Assembly: GCA_035402805.1 (NCBI GenBank)
Contig: DAONDY010000001.1
Span: 253,672-317,671, forward strand
Length of the DNA: 64,000 bases
From: Candidatus Woesebacteria bacterium
Lineage (GTDB): Bacteria; Patescibacteriota; Microgenomatia; UBA12405
Direction: 5' to 3'
Positions within the stretch are counted from its first letter, which is position 1; every line of letters starts with the position of its first letter. The notes beneath the pieces were generated by a model, which was given only the letters and a program-made list of their open reading frames with translations, was not told where the DNA came from and made no database searches. Shown here one piece after another: positions 19,398 to 29,317 of this stretch. A program made the position numbers and the translations under genes.

Positions 19398-20782
19398 ACA
19401 TCTTTAGACCAATAATTGCCATTCTTCTTTTTTTTATTCCTCTCTATCCTAAATTTCCCTTAATTGGCGTCACTGGTACCTATGTTGCTATTCGTCTAGA
19501 TGATATTGTCATTGCCATTTCTATTTTAATCTGGCTTATTTATCAAATAATTCATAAATTTCCAGTTTTTAAAGTAAAAATTACCAAATTATTTTTAGTC
19601 TATTTTTTGGCCATTATTGCCAGCTTCGTTACCGCTTTTTTAATTTATCGAAACACCACTCCTGATAATATTTTAATACTTCATCTCCTACGTCGTTTTG
19701 AATATATTTCCTTATTTTTTATTGCCCTTAACAGTATTAACTCAACTCAAGATTTTAAACTCAGTTATATTTTTCTTCTGATTTCTACTTTTTTTGTCAG
19801 CATTTACGGTTATGGTCAAAAATATCTGCAATTTCCAGTAATTTCCACCATGAATTCAGAATTTTCCAAAGGTCAACTAATTAAAATGAGTACTTGGACT
19901 AGAATTAATTCTACTTTTGCTGGCCATTATGATTTAGCCGCCTTTTTAAGTGTCGTTTTAGTTATTATTGCCGTTGTTTTTATTGTTAGTAAAAACATTT
20001 GGACAAAAATAATCAGTTTTATTGTTTGGATTGCCGCTTATCCAATTTTTACTTTTACCGCTTCTCGTGTCTCCACTTTTGCTTTTTTAGGCGGCATTTG
20101 TTTTACCCTATTTGTTTTAAGAAAATATCTCTGGATTATTCCTTTTTTTATTTTAGTTGGATTTAGCATCTTCAGTTCTAAAGACCTAAATCAAAGACTA
20201 TTAGCTACTATTCCCGCCATTAAAAATCAAATCAAAAACACTGCCACCTCCACCATAACTCCCACTCCAACTCCAGCACCAATCATTGCCGCTGTTACTC
20301 CAAAACCAAGTTCAAAACCAATCGTTCCCACCCCAACTGTCATCCGTAATAAACCAACCGAAAGTTATCCAACTGTCGACGCTGACGCCGGTGTTGCTAG
20401 ATCCGGAGAAATTCGCTTCAATGTCGAATGGCCCAGAGCCATTAATGCTTATAAAAAAAATATTATCACCGGCAGTGGTCTTGGCTCGATAACTTTAGCC
20501 ACCGACAATGATTATTTAAGATCTTTAGGGGAAAGCGGACTTTTAGGTTTTGTCTCTTTTATGGCTATAATTTTATTTTTTATAATAAAAACCATACCGT
20601 TGATTTTTAAAAAAGAAAAAACCAGCCATAATTTAATCTCCATAATTTTCTTAGGATGTCTCTTAACTACTTTAGCTAACGCCATTTTTATCGACGTTTT
20701 TGAAGCATCAAAGACAGCCTATCTTTTTTGGATAATGATGGGTCTTTATTATCAATCATTAAATCTAAAAAATGAAAAATAA
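19382..20782 (+). CDS. O-antigen ligase/polymerase-like membrane protein (Wzy_C family) with Pro/Thr-rich insertion
   Basis: Polytopic protein with a central low-complexity TPTPTPAPIIAAVTPKPSSKPIVPTPT segment, then a periplasmic loop with TGSGLGS glycine-rich motif typical of Wzy_C/O-antigen ligase. Confidence 0.55.
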   Translation: MFKNINIFRPIIAILLFFIPLYPKFPLIGVTGTYVAIRLDDIVIAISILIWLIYQIIHKFPVFKVKITKLFLVYFLAIIASFVTAFLIYRNTTPDNILILHLLRRFEYISLFFIALNSINSTQDFKLSYIFLLISTFFVSIYGYGQKYLQFPVISTMNSEFSKGQLIKMSTWTRINSTFAGHYDLAAFLSVVLVIIAVVFIVSKNIWTKIISFIVWIAAYPIFTFTASRVSTFAFLGGICFTLFVLRKYLWIIPFFILVGFSIFSSKDLNQRLLATIPAIKNQIKNTATSTITPTPTPAPIIAAVTPKPSSKPIVPTPTVIRNKPTESYPTVDADAGVARSGEIRFNVEWPRAINAYKKNIITGSGLGSITLATDNDYLRSLGESGLLGFVSFMAIILFFIIKTIPLIFKKEKTSHNLISIIFLGCLLTTLANAIFIDVFEASKTAYLFWIMMGLYYQSLNLKNEK

Positions 20783-21986
20783 ACGCAAAATTTTAATGCT
20801 TACTCCTTATCTCCCTCGTCGCGCTCAATCTGGTGGACAAAATAGCTCCTATTATTCCATAAAATATCTCGCAGCTGAAAACGATATTACTCTAATTTGT
20901 TTCAGTCGTGATCAAGAGGGTCTAGAAGAAATTAAACAATTTTGTAAAAAAGTTATTGTTGTTAAACGCGGTAAAACTTGGACTGCTAAAAAAATTCTCT
21001 ATACCGGTTTTAGTACTTATCCTTTTTTAGTCGCCAACTATATTAGTAGTGAGTTAAAAAAAACCATTGCTATTGAATTAAAGAATCACCAATATGACTT
21101 AATTCATTGTGAATGTTTTTATTTAATGCCCAATATTCCTAAAACCGAAATTCCCATCGTTCTTGTTGATCAAACTATTGAATACGCTGTTTACCAACAT
21201 TATGTCGAAACTGTTCAAAAGTGGAAAAAAATAATTAAACCATTTCTATGGCTCGATGTTATTAAATTAAAATATTGGGAAACTTATTATTGGAAAAATA
21301 CCCACACTGTAGTTGCTTTTGCTGCTGAAGATCAAGAATTAATTTGTAAAGTTACTGGTCGAAAAGACATTAAACTTTTTCAAAATGGTGTTGATAATAA
21401 ATTTTTTGAATCAAAAACAAAAACCCCAAAAAGTCCGTTTCCATCCATTCTTTTTGGCGTTTCCAACATGAAATGGATGCAAAACCGCGAATCAGTCGAA
21501 ATGATTATTAAAGATTCTTGGCCAGCAATCAAAAAGACCATCCCTGAATGCAAACTTTATATTATTGGTCGTGGTGCTCCAGATTATTATGGTCATTATC
21601 GATCTAAAGATATAGTTGTTGAAGAGGCTGATTTTGATGGTGAAGCTCATGATCCTATATATTATTACCAGTATTGTTGGACTTTAGTCGCTCCTATGGG
21701 TAGTGGTGGAGGTACTCGTAATAAATTCCTAGAAGCTATGGCTTGTCGACTTCCAATTGTCACCACTCCAGAAGGAATGGGCGGAATTAAAATTGAAAAT
21801 TTCAAACAATCTATTATTTGCAGCTATGATCAAATTGCTAAAAACACTATTGACCTTTTAAAAGATGATAAGAGAAGAACCAAAATGGGGGATGAAGCCA
21901 ATAAACTTATCAGCAGTAAATACTCCTATCAAAGTAGTGTTAATGGTTTAAACCAAATTTATAAAGAAATTACTAATAAAAAATAA
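20772..21986 (+). CDS. glycosyltransferase family 1 (GT4-like)
   Basis: GT-B-like architecture and context. Weaker motif conservation. Confidence 0.6.
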   Translation: MKNKRKILMLTPYLPRRAQSGGQNSSYYSIKYLAAENDITLICFSRDQEGLEEIKQFCKKVIVVKRGKTWTAKKILYTGFSTYPFLVANYISSELKKTIAIELKNHQYDLIHCECFYLMPNIPKTEIPIVLVDQTIEYAVYQHYVETVQKWKKIIKPFLWLDVIKLKYWETYYWKNTHTVVAFAAEDQELICKVTGRKDIKLFQNGVDNKFFESKTKTPKSPFPSILFGVSNMKWMQNRESVEMIIKDSWPAIKKTIPECKLYIIGRGAPDYYGHYRSKDIVVEEADFDGEAHDPIYYYQYCWTLVAPMGSGGGTRNKFLEAMACRLPIVTTPEGMGGIKIENFKQSIICSYDQIAKNTIDLLKDDKRRTKMGDEANKLISSKYSYQSSVNGLNQIYKEITNKK

Positions 21987-21987
21987 A

Positions 21988-22899
21988 ATGGATTTATCTG
22001 TCATTATTCTTAACTACAATTCAGCTGACTATCTTAAAAAATGTCTTGAAAGTATCAGCAAGTCAGATATTGGTAATTATCAGTATGAAGTCATTGTGGT
22101 CGATAATTGTTCCACTGATAACAGTATAAAACTAGCCAAAGATTCTAAAACACCAAATACTAAGTACTTGATATTAAACACTAATAAAGGTTTTGCTTAT
22201 GGCAATAACCAAGGTTTAAAAGAAATCAATCCCAAAACTCGTTTTGTTTTATTTTTAAATCCCGACACCATCATTCAAAAAAATACATTTAAAAACATGA
22301 TCGATTTTTTTGACCATAATAAAGATGTTTCCGCCGCCACTTGTCAAATAGATCTTGCTCTTACAGGTAAAATGCAACCAGAATGTCATCGCGGTTTTCC
22401 TACTCCATGGAATTCTTTATGTTATTTTAGTGGACTCTCAAAGTTATTTCCTAAATCAAAAATATTTTCTGGGTATTTTATGGGTAATTTAGATCTCACT
22501 GTTCCTCATAAAATTGATGCTTGTGTCGGCGCTTTCCTAATGGTTAAAAAAGACGTCGGTGACAAAGTTAATTGGTGGAATGAAAAATATTTTTTCTATG
22601 GTGAAGATTTAGATTTTTGTTATCAATTAAAAAAACAAAATTTTAATTTATTCTTTAATCCCGATTGTAAAATTATCCATTATCAAGGTGTTTCCTCTGG
22701 CTTAATTAGTAAAAGTAAACATCTCTCCCTGGCTTCTAGAGAAACAAAAATTAAAGTGGCTAAAGCCAGCACTCAGGCCATGAAAATTTTTTATCAAGAA
22801 AATTTATTTTCTAATTATTCGGCTCCAATTCGACTTTTAGTTATGCTCGGTATTAAAATACTAGAACTTAAAAGAGTTTTTAAAGCCAGATATTTATGA
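21988..22899 (+). CDS. glycosyltransferase family 2
   Basis: LSVIILNYNSADYL ... VVDNCSTDNS ... NPDT motifs. Confidence 0.75.
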   Translation: MDLSVIILNYNSADYLKKCLESISKSDIGNYQYEVIVVDNCSTDNSIKLAKDSKTPNTKYLILNTNKGFAYGNNQGLKEINPKTRFVLFLNPDTIIQKNTFKNMIDFFDHNKDVSAATCQIDLALTGKMQPECHRGFPTPWNSLCYFSGLSKLFPKSKIFSGYFMGNLDLTVPHKIDACVGAFLMVKKDVGDKVNWWNEKYFFYGEDLDFCYQLKKQNFNLFFNPDCKIIHYQGVSSGLISKSKHLSLASRETKIKVAKASTQAMKIFYQENLFSNYSAPIRLLVMLGIKILELKRVFKARYL

Positions 22900-24011
22900 A
22901 AAAAATGAAACATATCGTTATTGATGCTCGTCTTTATGGACCAAAACACACTGGAATTGGTCGATATACTAAAAACTTACTTAAAGCTTTAGTAAAACTT
23001 CCTGATTTTAAAAAATATAAATTTACCCTCATCATTTATAAAAATTTAGAAGAAGAAGTCAAAAGAGATTTAGGTGATAATTTTAATTACGTTACCACCA
23101 ACATTCATCATTATTCTTTAGCTGAACAATTTTTATTGCCTTTTATTATTTACAGATTAAGAGCCGATTTAGTTCACTTTACTCACTTTAATAAACCAAT
23201 TCTTTATTTTAAAAAATCAGTCATTACTATTCATGATCTGATTAAGCACTTTTTTACCGGCAAAGACACTACTACAAAAAATCAATTTTTATACAGTCTA
23301 AAACACTTAGGTTATCTATTTTTAACCAATATTATCGTTAAAAGAAATCAATTAATTGTCCCCAGTAATTTTTGGCGCAAATATTTAATTAAAAAATATA
23401 AATTAAATCCATCAAAAGTTGTTACCACTCATGAAGCTGTTGATCCCACTTTTTTATTTAATGATCAGAATAGTCTCATCGAAACACCACAAAACTATAT
23501 TATCTATACCGGTAATTTATATACTCACAAAAATATAAAAGTTATTTTGGAAGCATTAAAAGGTTTACCAAATATTAGTCTTAAAATTATTTGCGCCAGA
23601 AGTTTTTTTAGTGAAAAATTAAAAGACAAAATAGTCGAAATGGGACTTAAAAAACAAGTTGAATTCTTGGGTTATTTAGACGACAAGCAGTTTAAAGATA
23701 TTTATCAAAAAGCTCTGGCTTTAGTCCATCCATCGTTAATGGAAGGCTTCAGTTTAACTGGTCTCGAAGCCATGGCTCTTAATTGTCCTGTTATTTCTTC
23801 TAATGCCAGTTGTTTACCGGAAATTTATGATGACTCAGTTTTATATTTTGACCCTAATAGTGCCCCGGATTTAGTTCAAAAAATTAATCAACTCAAAAAT
23901 AACCCCGAACTTAGACAAAAATTAATTAAATTAGGTCAACAACAACTTAAAAAATATTCTTGGTCTAAAACAGCCAAACTTACTATGGCTGTTTATAAAA
24001 AATTATTATGA
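22896..24011 (+). CDS. glycosyltransferase family 1 (GT4-like)
   Basis: HIVIDARLYGPKHTGIGRY N-terminus and EGFSLTGLEAMALNCPVISSNASCLPEIY motif. Confidence 0.7.
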   Translation: MKKMKHIVIDARLYGPKHTGIGRYTKNLLKALVKLPDFKKYKFTLIIYKNLEEEVKRDLGDNFNYVTTNIHHYSLAEQFLLPFIIYRLRADLVHFTHFNKPILYFKKSVITIHDLIKHFFTGKDTTTKNQFLYSLKHLGYLFLTNIIVKRNQLIVPSNFWRKYLIKKYKLNPSKVVTTHEAVDPTFLFNDQNSLIETPQNYIIYTGNLYTHKNIKVILEALKGLPNISLKIICARSFFSEKLKDKIVEMGLKKQVEFLGYLDDKQFKDIYQKALALVHPSLMEGFSLTGLEAMALNCPVISSNASCLPEIYDDSVLYFDPNSAPDLVQKINQLKNNPELRQKLIKLGQQQLKKYSWSKTAKLTMAVYKKLL

Positions 24012-25099
24012 TCAAACCAAAGGTTGCTCTCTTTTATGATTGGTTAAACCAATGGGGAGGAGCCGAAAAAGTTTTATTAGACCTAATTAAACTTTACCCC
24101 AAAGCTCCTGTCTACACATTAATTTATGACCCAAAAAAAACTAAGTGGTTACCCAAAAATACTGTCGTAGTTCCTTCATTTCTTAACAAATTATCTCCTT
24201 CTAAAAAAAACAATATTCTTCACACTCCGCTTTATTCATCAGCTGTCCGCAGTTTTGATTTTTCTAAATTTGATATTGTCATTTCCACTTCATCAACTAT
24301 TGGCCACCATTTATTAATTCCTAAAAAAACCCTTTTTATTTGCTATCTTCACAACGTTAATCGCCACATTTATCAACAAAAATATCATTGGCCACTTTCT
24401 TATTTAATTTCTAAATATAAAGAAAAAGATAAACTTTACTCCCAAAATCCAGATTGTTTTTTTTGTAATTCCAAAACCGTTCAGAAAAGGATTTTTGATA
24501 TTTACAAACGAAAAGCCAAAATAATTTACCCGGGAATCGATACTTCTTTTTTTATTGCCTCAAAAAAGAAAGTGAAGGAAAAATATTTTTTAATTGTTTC
24601 CCGTTTGGTTTCTCATAAAAAAATTGATATTGCCATTAAAGCCTGTCATCAATTAAACAAAAAATTATATATTGTCGGCACTGGCCGAAATAAAAATAAG
24701 TTAAACAATTTAATTAATTATCTTAAAGACAAAAAGATAAAATTATTAGGTCAAATTGATAATGATAAACTTTTAAATCTTTATCAAAATTGTCAGGCCC
24801 TAATTTGCCCCCAATTAGAAGATTTTGGATTAACTCCTATTGAAGCTCAATCCTGTGGCAAACCAGTTATTGCCTACAACAAAGGAGGATTAACCGAAAC
24901 AGTAATTAATGAAAAAACAGGAATCTTTTTCAATAACCAAACAGTCAATGATTTAGTTGATGCTATTCAAATATTCGATTCAAAAAAATTTTCTCAAAAT
25001 CTTTGTCGGCAAAACGCTAAAAAATTTTCTAATCGAAGCTTTATGTTAAACTTTGAAAGAGAAGTAAATCTAATATGGAACAACAATCACCATCGATAA
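24008..25099 (+). CDS. glycosyltransferase family 1 (GT4-like)
   Basis: EDFGLTPIEAQSCGKPVIAYNKGGLTETV motif. Overlapping ATGA junction. Confidence 0.65.
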   Translation: MIKPKVALFYDWLNQWGGAEKVLLDLIKLYPKAPVYTLIYDPKKTKWLPKNTVVVPSFLNKLSPSKKNNILHTPLYSSAVRSFDFSKFDIVISTSSTIGHHLLIPKKTLFICYLHNVNRHIYQQKYHWPLSYLISKYKEKDKLYSQNPDCFFCNSKTVQKRIFDIYKRKAKIIYPGIDTSFFIASKKKVKEKYFLIVSRLVSHKKIDIAIKACHQLNKKLYIVGTGRNKNKLNNLINYLKDKKIKLLGQIDNDKLLNLYQNCQALICPQLEDFGLTPIEAQSCGKPVIAYNKGGLTETVINEKTGIFFNNQTVNDLVDAIQIFDSKKFSQNLCRQNAKKFSNRSFMLNFEREVNLIWNNNHHR

Positions 25100-26175
25100 A
25101 GCATTATATTTTTGTCCTCTGTGGCGGCACTGGACCACGTCTTTGGCCATTATCTAGAAAAGACAATCCCAAACAATTTCTTTCTCTCTTAGACAAAAAA
25201 TCAATTCTAGAACAAACTCTCAAAAGATCTCAACGAACAGTTGATCCTCAAAATATTTATATAGTTTCTGGAAAAAATTACTTTGACAAAATTATTAAAA
25301 TCGCTAAAGATTTTAATCTAACTAAAAATGTCATCATTGAACCAGAAAAGAAAAATACTGCTTTAGCCATTCTCTACGCCGTCACTAAGATCAAACAAAT
25401 TGACCCTAATGCTGTTATTAGCACTCTTCCATCAGATCACTATATTAAAAACATTTCTCGATTTAAACAAACTTTAGCCAAAGCTAAACGAATAGCTCAA
25501 TTAACCAATACTATCGTTACTATTGGAATTAAACCCACCAAACCAGATTCTTCTTACGGTTATATTTATCCAGATAAAAAAATTGACGACTATTATCATG
25601 TTGCTAAATTTATTGAAAAACCAGACGCCAAAAAGGCTCAAGATTTAATTGATAAAAATTCTTATTGGAACTCAGGAATTTATACTTTTTCAATTTCCAC
25701 CATCCTTTCTGAATTTGAAAAATTACAACCAGAATATTTTTCCATCTTTAAAAGATTAGAAGAAAATTTAAATTATCCAAAAAAAATAGAACAAATTTAT
25801 AAAGAGTCTCCTGATCTGGCAATAGATAAGGCCATTTCAGAAAAATCATCAAAAATGACCATGGTTCCCGCCACCTTTGATTGGAGTGATATTGGTGAAT
25901 GGGAGACTATTTTTTCAAAATCAATTAAAAGAAAGGATAACAATGCCATTATTAATTCTAAAACTCAATTTTTAACCACTAATTCTCAAAATTGTTTAAT
26001 TTCTGGTCAAGATAAAAAATTAATCGGTTTGGTCGGAGTCAATAATTTAGCCGTTATTGATACTCCAGATGCTTTATTAGTTTGTAATTTAGACTCTAGT
26101 TTTAATGTTCGAGATTTAGTAAGCTTAATGGTGAAAAATAAAAAATATAAAGTATATTTCCTAGGTCAAAAATGA
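25075..26175 (+). CDS. mannose-1-phosphate guanylyltransferase-like nucleotidyltransferase
   Basis: N-terminal NTP-transferase motif LCGGTGPRLWPLSRKDNPKQF. 366 aa with no cupin PMI domain. Confidence 0.7.
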   Translation: MEQQSPSIKHYIFVLCGGTGPRLWPLSRKDNPKQFLSLLDKKSILEQTLKRSQRTVDPQNIYIVSGKNYFDKIIKIAKDFNLTKNVIIEPEKKNTALAILYAVTKIKQIDPNAVISTLPSDHYIKNISRFKQTLAKAKRIAQLTNTIVTIGIKPTKPDSSYGYIYPDKKIDDYYHVAKFIEKPDAKKAQDLIDKNSYWNSGIYTFSISTILSEFEKLQPEYFSIFKRLEENLNYPKKIEQIYKESPDLAIDKAISEKSSKMTMVPATFDWSDIGEWETIFSKSIKRKDNNAIINSKTQFLTTNSQNCLISGQDKKLIGLVGVNNLAVIDTPDALLVCNLDSSFNVRDLVSLMVKNKKYKVYFLGQK

Positions 26176-26810
26176 GAAAAAAAATATTTGCAATTTTTAA
26201 AAGAACCATCGACATCATAGGCTCTATAATCCTTTTGATTTTATTTTCTCCCATAATGTTAGTCACTATGGTTTTAATAAAATTTGGTTCAGTCGGACCA
26301 ATTTTTTTTAAGCAAAAAAGAGTTGGCAAAGGTAGCCACGAATTTTGGATGTATAAATTTCGTTCCATGTATATTGGCGATAACGATAAAAGACTTAGAG
26401 AAAATTATCCTGACTTATGGAAAAAATATAAAGAAAGTGGTTGGAAATTACCAATGTGTGAAGACCCTCGTATTACTCCCATCGGTAAAAAAATAAGATC
26501 TCTAACTATCGATGAATTTCCTCAATTGATTAATGTCTTAAAAGGGGACATGAGTCTAGTTGGACCAAGAGCTTATCGCGAGGAAGAACTTCAAGAACAA
26601 GAAAAACGATATCCTAAAACCAAAAAATATATTGAAATAATAAGAACAGCCAAACCCGGAATTACTGGTGTCTGGCAAACTTCAGGACGAAATGACATTA
26701 CCTTTGAAGATAGAGCCAAAATGGATGCTGAATATATCAAAAAAGAATCATTTCTTGAAGAGATATTGATAATTATCAAAACTCCAATGTCCATGTTGTC
26801 TCGCTGGTAG
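26172..26810 (+). CDS. sugar transferase (small initiating undecaprenyl-phosphate hexose-1-phosphate transferase, Bac_transf family)
   Basis: Single N-terminal TM helix, then KFRSMY...DEFPQLINVLKGDMSLVGPRA motif. Confidence 0.8.
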   Translation: MRKKIFAIFKRTIDIIGSIILLILFSPIMLVTMVLIKFGSVGPIFFKQKRVGKGSHEFWMYKFRSMYIGDNDKRLRENYPDLWKKYKESGWKLPMCEDPRITPIGKKIRSLTIDEFPQLINVLKGDMSLVGPRAYREEELQEQEKRYPKTKKYIEIIRTAKPGITGVWQTSGRNDITFEDRAKMDAEYIKKESFLEEILIIIKTPMSMLSRW

Positions 26811-26829
26811 TTTTAAGTTAAACTTTAAT

Positions 26830-28740
26830 ATGGATCAATTAAACCCTGTAGTGCCTCCTGTTAAAATCAAAAAAACAATTCCAAAATTTGTCTGGATTAT
26901 TTTAATCATTTTATCGATAATTACCGTCTTACTTTTCTTTTTTATTTTTGTCCCTGGCAAAAAAATATACTCTCAAGTTAAAAACATTAAAGAAATAATT
27001 CCTGCCGTTAAAGAAGCCATTAATGATAAGGATTTAGACAAGATTAAAGAATCTTTAAACACTGCCACTAATCAGGTTAACTCCATCGAAATTAATTATA
27101 AAAAACTTGCTTGGACAAAGATTTTACCCATAGTTGGTAACTATTATAAAGATGGCCAACAAGCTTTAATAATTGCCAATCAAGGAATTGACACCGGTAA
27201 AATATTAATTCAAGCAATTGAACCATATAAAGATTTCTTAGGTGCTAAAGGTTCTTCAACCAGCAACGAAAAAACCACCGAAGATAGAATTGCTTTTTTA
27301 ACCGAGTCAGTTGAAGGTTTGATTCCTTATTTAGACCAAATTGAAGCCAAAGCCGCCATTATTCAGACCGCCATAGAACAAATTGATCCAGATCGTTATC
27401 CGGAGGAATTTAGAGGTATTGAGCTTAAGTCCAATATAATCAAAGTTAAAGATATTGTTGATGAAAGCTACAAGTTTATTAAAGATGGTAAACCGATTAT
27501 CGGTAAAATATCTTGGCTTTTAGGTAAAGACTCTCCACGCAAATATCTAGTGATTTTTCAAAATGATGGTGAACTTCGACCTAGTGGTGGTTTTTGGACA
27601 GCCTACAGCACCCTTACTGTTAAAAATGGTAAAGTTATTCCCGGTACTGCCAGTAATATTTATGATCTTGACGATAAAATTGCCAGCAAAATTCCTGCAC
27701 CTCGTTTAATTAAAAGCTATCATATTGGCGTTCCTTACTTAAATCTTCGTGATAATAATCTTTCTCCAGATTTTCCGACAGATGCCCAAATATTTTTAGA
27801 TCAATATTACAAAGCCATGGGTAAAAAAGATAAATTTGACGCTGTAATTTCCATTGACACCAATCTTTTGGTTGATATGGTAAAAGTTCTCGGAAAACTC
27901 GACACTCGTGTTGGAACTTTCACTGCCGAACCAGATAAAAGGTGCAACGGTTGTCCGTCAATAATTTATGATTTGGAATGGATTGCTGGTCGACCTAGAA
28001 ATTACATCGAAAAAAATAGAAAAGATTTTATGAATCCACTCATGTCATCTTTGCTTTCCAATATAATGGGTTCAGAAAAAACCAAAATGCCTTCTATTAT
28101 TGAAGCAGGACTAAAAAACATTAATGAAAAACATGTTATGTTCTATTTCCCAGATGATGAAATACAAACTATAGGTAATTTAGCCAATATTACCGGGAAA
28201 ATAGTTGATGTCGAAAAAAATGTAGACTATTTTCATTTAAATGATGCCAATTTTGCCAGTGCTAAAAGCAATATTTTTATCACTCAAAAAATTAAACATG
28301 ACATCACCATTAAAAATAATGTTGCCGAACACAAAATCTCAGTAACTTACGAAAACCCAGCTCCAGCTTCTAACTGTAATCTAGAAAAAGGAGACCTTTG
28401 TCTTAATGCTTCTCAATATCGCGATTTGTTCCGATTCTACGTTCCCATCGGTTCTAAGTTAACCAAAATGACTGGTTCTGAAGTCGAAGCAGTCCAATAC
28501 GAAGAATTAAACAAACAAGTGTTTGAAGGTTTCTATGGTAATAAATATGCCTTAAATGCCAAATCTAGTATAAAAACTTCAATTCAATATACTTCCAGCG
28601 TCACAGTTGGTTCAACTTATACCTTATTGCTTCAAAAACAGCCAGGAACTAAACCGGTTGAATATGAACTAACAATTAATGGCGAAGAACAGCCTGCTTT
28701 TCAGTGGGTTGCTGATAAAACCATTAAATTTTCCCTATAA
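26830..28740 (+). CDS. membrane-anchored large extracytoplasmic protein, DUF4012-like
   Basis: 636 aa with an N-terminal TM anchor. Pattern and location at the end of a polysaccharide locus resemble DUF4012 proteins. Assignment is from memory, not a search. Confidence 0.4.
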   Translation: MDQLNPVVPPVKIKKTIPKFVWIILIILSIITVLLFFFIFVPGKKIYSQVKNIKEIIPAVKEAINDKDLDKIKESLNTATNQVNSIEINYKKLAWTKILPIVGNYYKDGQQALIIANQGIDTGKILIQAIEPYKDFLGAKGSSTSNEKTTEDRIAFLTESVEGLIPYLDQIEAKAAIIQTAIEQIDPDRYPEEFRGIELKSNIIKVKDIVDESYKFIKDGKPIIGKISWLLGKDSPRKYLVIFQNDGELRPSGGFWTAYSTLTVKNGKVIPGTASNIYDLDDKIASKIPAPRLIKSYHIGVPYLNLRDNNLSPDFPTDAQIFLDQYYKAMGKKDKFDAVISIDTNLLVDMVKVLGKLDTRVGTFTAEPDKRCNGCPSIIYDLEWIAGRPRNYIEKNRKDFMNPLMSSLLSNIMGSEKTKMPSIIEAGLKNINEKHVMFYFPDDEIQTIGNLANITGKIVDVEKNVDYFHLNDANFASAKSNIFITQKIKHDITIKNNVAEHKISVTYENPAPASNCNLEKGDLCLNASQYRDLFRFYVPIGSKLTKMTGSEVEAVQYEELNKQVFEGFYGNKYALNAKSSIKTSIQYTSSVTVGSTYTLLLQKQPGTKPVEYELTINGEEQPAFQWVADKTIKFSL

Positions 28741-29300
28741 TGGATAAATACCAAAGTACAGTTGGCATTGTTATTAATAAAAAAACAATTAAAGAAACTG
28801 ATTTATTAGTAACTCTTTTAACCCCAAAAAACGGTAAAATAATTGCTCTCGCTAAAGGTGCCAAAAATATCAAGAGTAGTCGTTTAAGTTCTCTTCAGCT
28901 TGGTAATATTATCAAGGTTCAACTTTATCAAAAAAATGATTTTTTATGGTTATCAGAAGCCCAAACTATAACCCCTTTTCTTCAACACAATAAAAGCTTA
29001 ACTCAAATAAACCTATTATTTTATTTTTTAGAAATTTTAAATCGATTAATTGCTGAGAATCAACAAATCGAGAATATCTATAAAATCTCCCAAGACTTAG
29101 TTGAGGCTATTAATCAAAATCAATTACATCGTTATATTAAAAACGAAATTTTATTTTTAGAGACTCTCGGATTTGGTGTCCCAGATGAGATTACTCAATA
29201 TTTTAAAAAAGAAGATTATAAAACCACCCAACAACTTATTAAAGGATTTTTTGAGTCTATTATTGAAAAGCCCCTTGAAAGCAATAAACTTTTTAGGTAA
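28740..29300 (+). CDS. recO: DNA repair protein RecO (short form)
   Basis: N-terminal OB-fold pattern GIVINKKTIKETDLLVTLLTPKNGKIIALAKGAKNIKS. 186 aa is shorter than canonical. Confidence 0.6.
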   Translation: MDKYQSTVGIVINKKTIKETDLLVTLLTPKNGKIIALAKGAKNIKSSRLSSLQLGNIIKVQLYQKNDFLWLSEAQTITPFLQHNKSLTQINLLFYFLEILNRLIAENQQIENIYKISQDLVEAINQNQLHRYIKNEILFLETLGFGVPDEITQYFKKEDYKTTQQLIKGFFESIIEKPLESNKLFR

Positions 29301-29317
29301 ATCAGTTATAATATTGC

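Noticed and set aside
20226-20340. Repetitive ACTCC/ACCCC DNA (also 56110-56165) considered as CRISPR-like or tandem repeat
   Set aside because: These are codon-level low complexity encoding Pro/Thr linkers inside ORFs. No repeat-spacer periodicity, so not CRISPR.
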